Origin: Vairimorpha necatrix
Lineage: Eukaryota
Direction: 5' to 3'
NCBI GenBank assembly: GCA_036630325.1
Contig: CP142730.1
Location: forward strand, 1,178,001 to 1,242,000
DNA: 64,000 nt
In this document: positions 12,602 through 24,350 of the stretch, piece after piece
Position numbering within the stretch: the stretch's first letter is position 1
Layout: each line of letters begins with the position of its first letter
The notes under the pieces: model-generated
The model's database searches: none
What the model was told of the DNA's origin: nothing
What the model saw: only the letters and a program-made list of their open reading frames with translations
Made by a program: the position numbers and the translations under genes

Positions 12602-14782
12602 ATGAATATCGTGAAAATATTTATTATGATTAAGTTTGTTAAAACAAATCAAACTTTATTAGTAAGAATTGAAGATATGCTTATGATAAAGATAGAAAAT
12701 AGAGATTACATATTCTTTGATATATCTGAACAAAATATAAACGTAAGTATATTTGCAAGCTACGATGTATACGATAAAAACATCAAATTTAGAATACGGA
12801 ATACAGGAGTTGATCGTAGATTAACATTAAATTATGGATGCTTTGATATTAAAGTAGAGGAAAAAACTTCTAATGACATTATTATAGAAATGGAGAAGAA
12901 TATAGAAACAATAATGATTATTTTTAACAATTTTTCCATTATATTTTTATATGGTGTATATGATTATAACAATTATCTCATTATGAAAAAACTAATAGAC
13001 GAACTAAAAATATTAAACACTGCAAGAAAAATAGAGGATAATTTTTTTAATATATATTACGAAAATATTTGTGATACAGATGATGAATTGCAAAAAATTA
13101 TTTCCGAAATAAAAAATCCCCAAAATAATTGTAATCTGAAAACTTCCCAGTCATCTGTTTACTACTATAAAATAGTTTCAACTAATAAGTATTATTTTTG
13201 TTTACGGATTGACCTAGGTAATATGCGTTATTTCTTTGAATTTTGTATTGATGAGTTTTATTCTTTAGTTAATACAAAATTTAAAATACAGAATGAAACT
13301 CAGAATGAAACATTTAAGAGACTAATTGATATTTACAAGTTATCTTATAAAAATTTTGATCTGGGTCAAATCCCTAACTTTATATTAACAATACAATCTA
13401 CAAATAATGCAGTTGAAATATCTTATCATAAACAATATTTTAAAATAGAAATAGAAAAAGAGGTTGTTACCATAAAAATAAACGCCATGTATTATTCTTA
13501 TTGTATAGAAAATAATTTAGACGAAGTTATAAATAAGAGAAATATTTGCAAGGATTGCTTAATGGAATTTCAAACAATCTTATCAAGACTCGAAAATACA
13601 AAAAAAACGTTAGGCATTAATATGTTTTACAAATTGATAGTATTAAATAACAAAATAGAATTCCTTGTTGAAAGAATTTTAAACAAACCAGGATCAGCTC
13701 TAAATATAATATTTGGTTACTTATTGTTGGACATAACAATAATAGACCAAAATACTGTAAGTACGATAATTGGAAATGATACAGACAATGGACTGAATAA
13801 GAAAAAATTAACTAATAGGGTTGCAACAAGTTTAAAAAAATATTTTTACACAACGGACTTGTATTTTATAGCTTTTTGTTTATTATTAGAAACAGAAAAC
13901 TATATTAATAATGAGAATGTATGTAATGTTATATTATTTAAAATATTAAAAGATATTGGAATACTAAACAAGAAAAAGGAATTTGGATGTAATAGCCCAA
14001 AATTCAATATTAACCTAATAAAAACCTGTGAGGATATAGCAATAATTCATAATAATAATTTTGATAAATATAAAAAAGAAGTAGAACAAAAAATCTGCAG
14101 TACAACTGCTTTATTCACAAAATATAAAGATATATTTATCATTAATCGGTTTACATCGGTATATTATCAACTCGAAAAAGATCAAGTTATAACAAATTTA
14201 GGACTTGATCCAATTAGGATAGAAACATATAGTGGAATTTTAAGAAAAATACTATGGGAAAATACAGTTAAAAGCAAAATAAAACAGGAAAACATTAAAG
14301 CTATAAAACAATTACACCCCAAAGGCCAATTAGAAAATGATTTGAACATTATTTATAATAAAATTATAAATAGTAATTTGCAAAACATATTTAATGAAGT
14401 CAAAACAAAGAAAATTGAACATGAAGGTATAGAAAACATTGAAAAATCTGTTAGTGGCTGTGCTTTGAAACTTTTTTCAATGAATATAAGTATAGATCTT
14501 ATAAACATATATAGATATAACTTAAGAGAACAATTCATATTTAACCTCAAAAAATATATCACTGAAAACATAAGAAAAAATTGTAAGAAATATTATTTTA
14601 ATGTTTTAATTGAAAATTTCAAAAGTGAATTTAAAAACGATGCAAGTAATGCAGCAAATTGGAAATATATTTCACTAAAAATAAAAAATTTATTGAGTCA
14701 GAACGAAAAATTGAATATTATAAATAATAATATTCTTTTAATTAATGATTTAATCAATGTACTAAACGATCAAGTGAAATAA
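12602..14782 (+). CDS. 726-aa orphan protein, Asn/Ile/Lys-rich, possible short N-terminal signal
   Basis: Long uninterrupted ORF in very AT-rich DNA. CCCC motif 3 nt before the ATG. N-terminus MNIVKIFIMIKFVKT. Confidence 0.85.
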   Translation: MNIVKIFIMIKFVKTNQTLLVRIEDMLMIKIENRDYIFFDISEQNINVSIFASYDVYDKNIKFRIRNTGVDRRLTLNYGCFDIKVEEKTSNDIIIEMEKNIETIMIIFNNFSIIFLYGVYDYNNYLIMKKLIDELKILNTARKIEDNFFNIYYENICDTDDELQKIISEIKNPQNNCNLKTSQSSVYYYKIVSTNKYYFCLRIDLGNMRYFFEFCIDEFYSLVNTKFKIQNETQNETFKRLIDIYKLSYKNFDLGQIPNFILTIQSTNNAVEISYHKQYFKIEIEKEVVTIKINAMYYSYCIENNLDEVINKRNICKDCLMEFQTILSRLENTKKTLGINMFYKLIVLNNKIEFLVERILNKPGSALNIIFGYLLLDITIIDQNTVSTIIGNDTDNGLNKKKLTNRVATSLKKYFYTTDLYFIAFCLLLETENYINNENVCNVILFKILKDIGILNKKKEFGCNSPKFNINLIKTCEDIAIIHNNNFDKYKKEVEQKICSTTALFTKYKDIFIINRFTSVYYQLEKDQVITNLGLDPIRIETYSGILRKILWENTVKSKIKQENIKAIKQLHPKGQLENDLNIIYNKIINSNLQNIFNEVKTKKIEHEGIENIEKSVSGCALKLFSMNISIDLINIYRYNLREQFIFNLKKYITENIRKNCKKYYFNVLIENFKSEFKNDASNAANWKYISLKIKNLLSQNEKLNIINNNILLINDLINVLNDQVK

Positions 14783-17700
14783 AAAAGCAAAGTTTAAAAT
14801 TATATATTTTTAACAATATATTTCCTAAGAGAGTAAAGCTTATTTATAAAAAATATAAATTTAATAATACTTCTTTGTAATGAAAAGTAATAGAATTCAA
14901 ATTTCTACCATTTAACGTATTTGCAATTGAAATATAAAAATACATCTTTTCGATTAAGTTTTTATATATGGGTTCCTTATATATTATCTTTTTGAGCAGT
15001 ATGCCGTAAAATTTGTAAAAAAAATATTTTTTGTAATTTTCTTCCAGTCTCTTATTTAATAGAGTTAAACATAGTAGTTATATTAAAAAGACACTAGAAC
15101 AAGCTATATACAAACCAATTTTCATCAAAATGTTTTATTGTACAAGGTATCGCTATAAATATCATAAAATTGAAGAGGACTTACTAATAACGTTTCTTTT
15201 CACTTTGATTTACCATGTTTGTTTATGTAAAATTTGTAATATTTTCAAAAACAACAACAACATTCGTCTTAAAAAAATCTATTATCTTTTTGAGTTAAGC
15301 AAAATATCCGGAATATTTATAAAAGACGAAAATAAATGGTTTTATTAACATAAGCTTTTTATTTGGAGAATATAACAAGATCAATATTTTTAAGCAATAC
15401 AAATTTAATTATTTAACCCATCACGTGCATTAAAAGCAAAATGATTTTAAAATAAAAAACGCAATCTATATAACAAGGACCCTTCAAATGAAAGAAATAA
15501 AGATAGATGAATAGTTGTTTCTGTCAAAATATATACTAATTTAACAATTCAGAATACTAAGTCAGAAAAGGAGTTATAATGTAATGTGCTATATTCTTTT
15601 GTTTTTTGTATCTTTTTAGTAGTTAGTTGCTAACCAAAATTACTACGGGTAGAAGTCTCGTGTCAAAAAAAAAATTGAGCAAATAGGTCTAAGTTGGCAA
15701 AAAAAAGATATTTCTTACTATGACAGTTAGCAATAATTTAAATTGAATTATTTTGTTTAAAAGTCAATCTTGGGCGGCGAAACCAAGCCTATGAAAGTTA
15801 TAAAAATTTCTCTAGTAGTATAGTTATAAATTCTACAAATATTAAATGTGATTTTCTATCATTTCTTGTGACTTAGATAATATTTTAGTACAACTGAATT
15901 TTATTTGGCTCTTAACTGTAAACCCAATAGTATAACTGAAAAAATTAGTTATAAATGTTTATATTTTATTATTTTGAGTTTCAATTTAACTTTATTCTAA
16001 TTTTGGCATATAGAGGAATAATGATAACAAAGATTAACCCTCAGTGAAAATTACAATGTAGATGAGCATACCACACGCTGTCTTTTTTGATAAAATAATT
16101 AAGAAAGCTTATCTATTGACCTTACTCTAGTCATATTAGGGGCACACAACACCATCCTAAGTACTTTATGTCATGAAGCTTTAAAACACTTGTTAATACA
16201 CATTTATAGAGAATTTTGTGGTGCAACGTCTGGTATTAGGAATTACATCACAACAACGGGTGTCATAAATATCATCTGTCAAATGTCTTACGATAACGAC
16301 CAACGAGCCAATGAATAACCAAACAAAAAATACTTTGGCTAAGGTTTATAAATGATAGACCTTTTTCTAAAAAATGCTGTACATTCTTATATTTAAAAAA
16401 AAAATACAAAGAAGAGGTTTGTGTTTGAAGGCTAGGAATATCAGAATAACTAAAACAACATCAATAAAGATATTAATTTACACAATCATAAAAAGCTTTA
16501 GAAAAATAGTAAAGTCTTAGCGATACAAGACACACAGATTATAAGGTTGATATAGACAATAAAACGCAAAATTTTGTGGGTAAAATTTTTTAGATTTAAA
16601 AAGGAAAAAAAGCGTTAAATGATAATAAGTAGGAATACATAGTATAATTTATGCAAAATAAAACTAAATAAAAAACATTCTTCTTTCATCTTATCTAATA
16701 TTATATAAAGTTAATATGTTAAAAAACGAGAAAGAGTAATACGTATATTTACCACATTGGCTTTTAAGCTTAATCAGATATCCCCAATTTTAATAGAACA
16801 AACGAAATATAAAACATAACGCAAATGATATGTTATACAACCCGCTACTCTTAATAATAATATAATAAAAAAATAAAGACGTAAATATTAGAAGAAATAT
16901 AAAAATCACTTTGTAGTAATCAAATAAAATACAAATGTGGGCCGTGTGTTTCTTTCATAAACAATATAACCTTTCTTTTCAACAAGGGTCTTCAACTATT
17001 ATAATACAAAAAATTATACAATTATTGCTCTTTGATACTTATAATTCTAACTTGGATTCATATATGAACCAAAATTTTTTAAAAATCCGTATAAATTAAT
17101 AAAATATAACATTAATTTATAATGTGTTTCCCCCAAATATTTCAAAACCAACGTTTTTCTTAACGTATTACAAATATCATAACCCCGTCAAAGCTAATTA
17201 CTTTACATCTTAAGAATCTTAAGGCTCAATATAGGGGGTTATATTGTACGAAAAGCTTTTTAATTTCTTAAAAAAAACACATTTACATATTATAATTAAT
17301 TCCATGATAAATTTTTATTTTTTTGTGTTAATAAATTTTCCAGCGTATAATTAGAAAATTTCATGTTTATTTAAATCATATTTAAGTTGCTTCTCAATTT
17401 TTTTCTTTTCAGTTAATATTTCGATTTCCAAAAGAGAATTTTTAAAAAATTTGCCACTCTAGTGAATTTAGAACATTTATAATAAGATAAACATAAACAA
17501 ACATAATAAATAATTAATTTTAAATTGCGTGATATATACTAATATTATAGAAGTTTTTTTTTTGATATGAAAGATTTAGCACCCCAAATGGCTAGATATG
17601 AATTAATCAACCATTTGAGGTTTCATATCTTTAGCATTCCCAAATCTACAAAATTCGTATTGTATGTTTAAAGTTACAATAATAAATAGATGAATTTATA

Positions 17701-19570
17701 TTTTGTGCAGTTTTAACATATTTTTTTTTTGGGGGGGGGGGAGGAGATTTACAATTTACTTGAGGTATTTTATTAAGACATTTTCTGAAAATTTAATGCA
17801 TATACAGACAAAACAAATTAGTTATAGGATACTTTTTAGCAGAAGATGGGGTTTGTAAAGAAAAATTAAGCATTTACAAGTACATATTGTAAATTTCTAA
17901 AATAAAGCATAGTACCTAACGTATAAATTGTAAATGCATATATTTACAATTTTATTTCCGATGTACAAAAGTTATTATAATTAGTATTTCGAAGATTTTT
18001 TTAATATTTATATTCTTTTAATTAAATTAAATGGCGACGTGCGGGATTTTTTTTGATGATATTAAATTTTTTAATACATATTGAATTATTATTTATTTAA
18101 ACACTAATTTTAAATAATTTGCAAACAATTTAATCATAATAAAAAATATACTAACAATAATAATAATAAAAAAACAAAAAATTTTAAAAAAGTGAACGTA
18201 TGATATAATAGCAAAACATAGAATTTGTCACAAAAAATCTAAAACCTGTTTTTATTACATAATGCTTTCATGTAAAATATGATTTAGGAATTTGTGATAT
18301 CGTAATGTAAAAAGGTAAAATCGATAGTGCTAGATAAAACTAATTTTTTAATAGACTTCAAATAAACCTTGATTCATCCTTTTAAAGGTTTTTGTACAGC
18401 TTTTCGTGTTAGAACTACAATTTAAATGTATTACGGTTTAAATGTTTGTTAAAATAGTAAAAAATTTTGCAATATGAACTTTTGATTTTTATATCTAGTT
18501 AAATTAGAAGATGTTTGTTGTTTACATTCAAATTAAATTTAACAAAATTCTACTGCTTTTTCAAATTTTTCACTTAAAATTTCTTTTGTCGAATAGAGTG
18601 GGAGATGTAAATTATTGGGCTAATTTTCACTTAGACTTCCTTGTCAGTACAAATACAGGATTTTAATTTTTTTTCCCATGTTTCAAATTCAAAGCGCCCA
18701 GAGCGGAAAGGAACAAACTAAAATAAACATAGTTCAAAAAATACTCGTATTAAGATCTAGTTCTATAACTTTTACAGAAAAAACTAAAAAATCTTTATAA
18801 TGATATATTTACATATAATATGTTCTTAATATAAGTCAAAATTTGTAAGAGTATTTTTATATCTTTTATTATTTTGTCACTACAATCTAGTTTTCTTATA
18901 GTTAAACATGTTCCTAATCAGTTTTAGTTGTCATAAACAGATTCTAGGCTTAATTATTATTATTCTTTAGTATATATAGATTTGTTTTTTTACTAATCCG
19001 TCGAATTTTACGGTCAAAACATGTCGTATATGCATAATAACGCTGATTAATGTACATTGATTAAAAAATAAAATTAATTTTATGTGATAACAAATATTTT
19101 TATTCATAAATAAAAAATTTTGAAAAAATATCGGTTTCGCGATGTAATTACTTTGTATATTAACGTTTATATAGAATTTGATAGATATTTTTCTACATTA
19201 TCATTGGAATGTATAATAAAGATAAGTCTTGATCAATATGTAATAAGTGAGAGAGGAAATTTTTACCCAACCGAAAAAATGATCTTTTTATATTTGGTGG
19301 CTATGCTATTTATTATGACTTTGTTCTTCTATTTTCACTTCTCCACATTTTTTTCCGCTTAAGCTTTCGAAAAACAAGGCCTAAAATAAGTAATTCTATA
19401 TTTATACTGCTAGGAGTGTTAAAGTAAAAATTAAGCAAAGTTTATCTAAAGCTTGCACATCTATCATTTTTAATAGTTATTTAATTCACTTATTATTTGC
19501 CTAGTTGCTATTTAATTTGTAACAAACTTCTTCAAAATATTTATATCGTATTTAGGCCTTTGAGAACTAG

Positions 19571-20327
19571 CAGACCCAGCATTTGAGGGTGTACGATTTT
19601 TTTAAACCTTAAAAATGAAGTGCAAAAAAGGAGGAGCAAGAAAAGGACAAAAGTTACTAAGGACTTATTATGATAAACAAACTTAATAAAATATTTTTAA
19701 ATACAGAAATTTGATTTAATATAGTAGTCATAATCATTACAGTGCTATGTATTTTCTACACTTCTATATATAATTGGTAGGTCCAAATGCTCCTCTGAGA
19801 GGTTTTTACTATATTTTTCCGTACCCAGAAAAAATAGGTGCATAAAATGGAAAATAAACATTAGCGCTCAAATTATTTGCATCTTCAAACATTAAAAAAC
19901 ACCAAATATACATATACTTATATATAACATCCAATTTAAAAAAAATGACTAAATTGAACTACATATTTTGAATTAGATTAACATATTTTGTCACATTTTT
20001 TAATCAAAAAATCTGTTTAGATACTAGAATACATGTTAAATTTTTCTTTTAGTACTTGTTTGTTAATAAAAAAAGGGAGTATGAAGAAAATCTTGTTTAC
20101 AATGAACCAACAAAAAAAAATCACAAAAATAGGAAGTGTATATAATGCTTAATATTTAAAATGATTATAGCATTTTAATCTGTAAATTTTTTTTTTCTTC
20201 AAGCGACTTTATTTGGTATTTGAATTTTCATAGGAGCTGAGTAGTTTTTGTCCTTTGATTGCTCCTTCTTTTTTGCACTTAATTTTTACGGTTCAAATTA
20301 AATCGTACATCCTCAAATGCGGAACTG
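19571..20327. mobile_element. Non-coding MITE-like element, copy 1
   Basis: ~90-bp imperfect TIRs (CAGACCCAGCATTTGAGGGTGTACGATTT..AAGTGCAAAAAAGGAGGAGCAA / ..TTGCACTT..ATCGTACATCCTCAAATGCGGAACTG). The internal segment is shared with the other two copies. Confidence 0.75.
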
Positions 20328-20745
20328 TAAGTATTACTTCTCCTAAAATTTGTATTATTTTTAAATATTTTTTATACATACTGTGTAGGATAAGTCAATT
20401 TAAGACACAAGATGTAAAGATAACAAGAAATTTCGTTTTTTTATACTATCTGTATTATGGTTTAAGAAATCTTTTTCAAGAAAATACCATGGATCTCTTC
20501 TATATGTAGATCTGTTTTATTGATATAAATATTTGAAATTTTTTTTAAATTTTTTGAAAATTTACCCCCATCAAAAAAAAAATCTTACACTCTAAAAGAA
20601 TAATTAAAAGGTTAGAAAATGACGTAAAACAATGGAAACATAAGTATGACTGATCTCGAGTTGCAGATTTTTGATAAAATAAACGGTTTTTAATTTCCAT
20701 TACACCAAATTAAAAATTTTCCATATATAAACTAAAGAGAACTTA

Positions 20746-21420
20746 CAGCCCCGCATTTGAGGGTGTACGATTTATTTTTTCGAATCGATAAAATGAAATG
20801 CAACAAAAGGAGGAGTAAGCAGGAGACAAAAATTAATGAGCACTAATGGTAATAAAAATAATAAATAAAAATATATTTATTTATAAAAATTAATTTGAAT
20901 TAAGTTATTATGACTTTTTAAAATGTGATGTATTTTTTACAGTACCGATTTTTTTTTATTTTGTTAATTATGAAAGGAAATTTTCTACATAAATCTTATT
21001 TTTATGATAACAAACACAAAAAAAAAAATATGATATAGATATTGAAAAATTAAATACATATTGTTAAATTAAGACAATTTTTTTTCATCAAAAATTGTAT
21101 AAAAAAAATGTATAACTAATTTAAAATATATAGTTTAATAAGACATTATTCTTTAACATTTGATTTTATACATAAATTTTTAATTATTTGGTATTTTTAT
21201 TATTAAAAGATGCAAATAATTTGAGTGCTAATGATTGCTTCTCCTATTTAAGCACTTTATTTTCGGGGCTAAAAAAATTAATGAACACCCTCTGAAGGGG
21301 CGTTTTTGACCCAAATTCTAAAAGTCGAAAAGCTAAATTGCTTATAATTAATATGATTAAAAACTATATTTAAAATATAATTTTGTCATAAATATATATA
21401 TTAATTTTTTATTTTTATTT
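20746..21420. mobile_element. MITE-like element, copy 2 (right TIR missing)
   Basis: Left TIR CAGCCCCGCATTTGAGGGTGTACGATTT. Internal AAGATGCAAATAATTTGAGTGCTAATG block. Ends where the non-LTR remnant starts. Confidence 0.7.
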
Positions 21421-21424
21421 TATT

Positions 21425-23000
21425 AGAAAGAGAGACTTATAAAAAAGTAAGAAATGAGATTCTACATAAGTTTGAAAAAATGTCCAAACATCAATTAAAT
21501 GGTAAGAATATGACTCAAGCTAAAAACAAACATGCAGTTCAGGAATAAAATTATTATGTAGAACTTTTTAAATTTGAACCAATAGAATTTAAAAGGTAAA
21601 ATTGAAATTCGACAGGTAATTATCATTACCAGGTCCATCTACAGCCAGCCTGGAAGGAAAGAGTATATACAATTCTATTTCCTTCTGAGATACAATTCTA
21701 TTAAAGATGTATCTAAACTTAAAATGTTTATTATGATTATCTTCCATATCCCTAAGTATGGAATTTGCTTTTATAATTTTTTGATTTTTTGATAACGGGG
21801 TAAACAAATCAAGAAATGCCTAAATAATATGTTTGACATGTGGGATGCCACACCTACCTAGATCATAAAAAGGTTGAGACCTCATAAGTATCAGAGATAG
21901 AAGCAAAATAATCCTCTGAATATTTATAAAACATTAGATGACTCTAGTAATAGCTAACTAAGACGGGCAGCGATACTTAAAGTAAGGGCAGAGAGCAAAT
22001 CTCACTTGTTCACAATCAAAGAGTATATAAAAATTAGGTGTAACTTTGTATAAGAGATAACCCTGAAGATGCTAAAGAATCCAAAAAGAAGCGCTTTACA
22101 ACAAAATCGAGTTAAATACAAAAATGAAAAGTTGTTTAAAGCCAGGAAAAACGATTTAGTATGCATTAAAGACTCTTTTGACTTTGTTTAATGAAACAAT
22201 CAGGCTATATCCGAAGCAATTTACTGCTTCCTACAGGATAGAAATATTTTCTGGGGACAAGAGGGACAATGTCCCCATTGTGGATCTTAATAGGAAGACC
22301 GTGGATCATTTAGCTACCAAGTGCGATGGAATTCTGGGTTTTGATTACATGAAAAGACACAACGAGGTAGTTAGATGCATTCATCTCTTACTATGTATTA
22401 AATATGGGTTAAGAAGACAAAGAAAATACGTGGATACTCAGTACAAGAGATCATGGAAAATGATCAAGCAGAAATAAGAGTAGATACGAGAATATTCACT
22501 AGTATTAAGGTGACTCATAATAAGCCCGATATTCTTGTGTTTGACAAGAAGAAAAAAAAAATTTTTAAAGTTGAAGTTGTATAACCAACTAGGATCGACT
22601 TACTATATTTGAGAATGATAAACTAAGAAAACATGACCTGTTTGCAAATGAACGGGGCATATACATAAATCATGGACAAGAAATGTTACTTAAGTAATAA
22701 CATGGGATGGAGTGGTAACCAAATATCACAGAAAGTACATCGGGGAGCTGAAAACAACCCTATCTTGAAGCATATATCTAGTTTATTGTACTGAAGAATA
22801 CTCTAGAATCCATCTCTTTAGAACGACGACGAGGATACGGTTAGGATGATGCAGGAGAAGAGTGGTTATAACTGTGAGCGCAAGAGAAAATAGCGACTGT
22901 TAAAGAAGTGGTGTCGGCAAAGGGGAATGAAGCTAAAAATTTGGAGTTGAAAAACAGAAATAATTCCACAGAAACCAAAGTCTGTGAAGAGCTGAATCCC
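21425..23000 (+). pseudogene. 5'-truncated RLE-type non-LTR retrotransposon remnant
   Basis: LNGKN.., HLQPAWKERVY, LRRAAILKV, KTVDHLATKC..KRHNEVVRCIH (Zn knuckle region), NKPDILVFDK..VEV (restriction-like endonuclease), VITWDGVVTKYH. Many stops and frameshifts. Confidence 0.85.
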
Positions 23001-24274
23001 ATGAGCGATACCTTGAAAGCTAGTCTATGAATATCTATTCTTGATGATAAATCAACTCAATAATCTTCAAATTAATTTGAAATTATTTAGTCATTTAAAT
23101 TTTTCTTCATATAATTAAAAGACTACATGTCTTATTTTGTATTCTAACTTAAAACGTTACAAATTTATTTCAATGCGATTTATAAAATATTAGTAGATAT
23201 AAATAACTGATAATTTCAGAGATAGCGACAACAGTAATTTATAACTAAAGACGGGGACTCATTTTTACAAAACGTAAAAAATAATATGTACCTCATAAAT
23301 ATTTACTTTGCAGACTTTGTATATTTTCAAATATATAAAGTTTTTTTTCATCAATACTTTAAATTTTTTTTTAAACTTTATACTTTTATCGTATTTTTTT
23401 CTAATTTGACAAAACCACCGAGTAATTTTATTCTAACCACGAAAAGCAGCGTAATAAACTATATTACAGATTAAATTTTATAAACAAATAACATATTTGT
23501 ATTTAAATTACATTGGCCTCTTGCGCTCCTTTGTATACCAGCCTTTAAAACACGCCACCATTTTACTGTTAGATTATCAATGTTTTCTGTAATCGACAGA
23601 TACACTTATAAAAGTTAAATTTTTGGGTGTAAAATAATTTTAATACAACATATGATTTATTTAGATATGGTATAACTTTTTTAAGAAATGTCCAAGTATG
23701 TGGACTTTTTTTTCTTCGCAATAAAGTTTTTAAAATTTACGAGCATTAGATTATAAATGAAATTTTAGATATACTTTATTGCTAATCAGTTCAAATTTTA
23801 TGATAAGTAAAAAATTTGATCAAGCTTTTTAGAATTTTCTAAGGAAAAATATTTCAACTAAACCTCAAGAAATAAAATCTTTTGAAGTATTTGTATTTGC
23901 TAATGGGTATGCTTTTTACAGCTTAATAAATTGCAAATCTATCTGTCATCTTGTGAATTGCGTAAATTTTTTTTTTAATTAATACTCTCTCGCTTGATAT
24001 TCAAAAAGTAATGATACATTAAAAAAATATCTTGCCCTTGAGAATATTTTATCATTATCAGACTCTATTTTTGTATTGTTAAGCTATTTAGAAATACTTA
24101 AGTACCAATAATATTAGTTCTCTAAGCAATCTAATACATAATGTAGCAAAACATATAAGTAATTGTCTTTTTAGTAAAATTTATGGTAATTTCATCAAAT
24201 GATATGATTATTTTATGATTTGTTGCATAACCATCATTTCAATAAGTTTAACTCAATCTGCTAAAATTATATTA

Positions 24275-24323
24275 TGTGTTTATTTTCCATAATGAGGGGT
24301 AAAAATAATAAGGATATATAACA
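24275..24323 (-). repeat. 3' LTR of A1 (49 bp)
   Basis: TGTTATATATCCTTATTATTTTTACCCCTCATTATGGAAAATAAACACA on the minus strand. Identical in all four family-A LTRs. Confidence 0.97.
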
Positions 24324-24350
24324 TCCCCCCTCCAAGACGGTAGTCTCATA

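Noticed and set aside
17720-17746. Poly-T then poly-G tract resembling a PPT or element end
   Set aside because: No adjacent LTR or TIR partner found.
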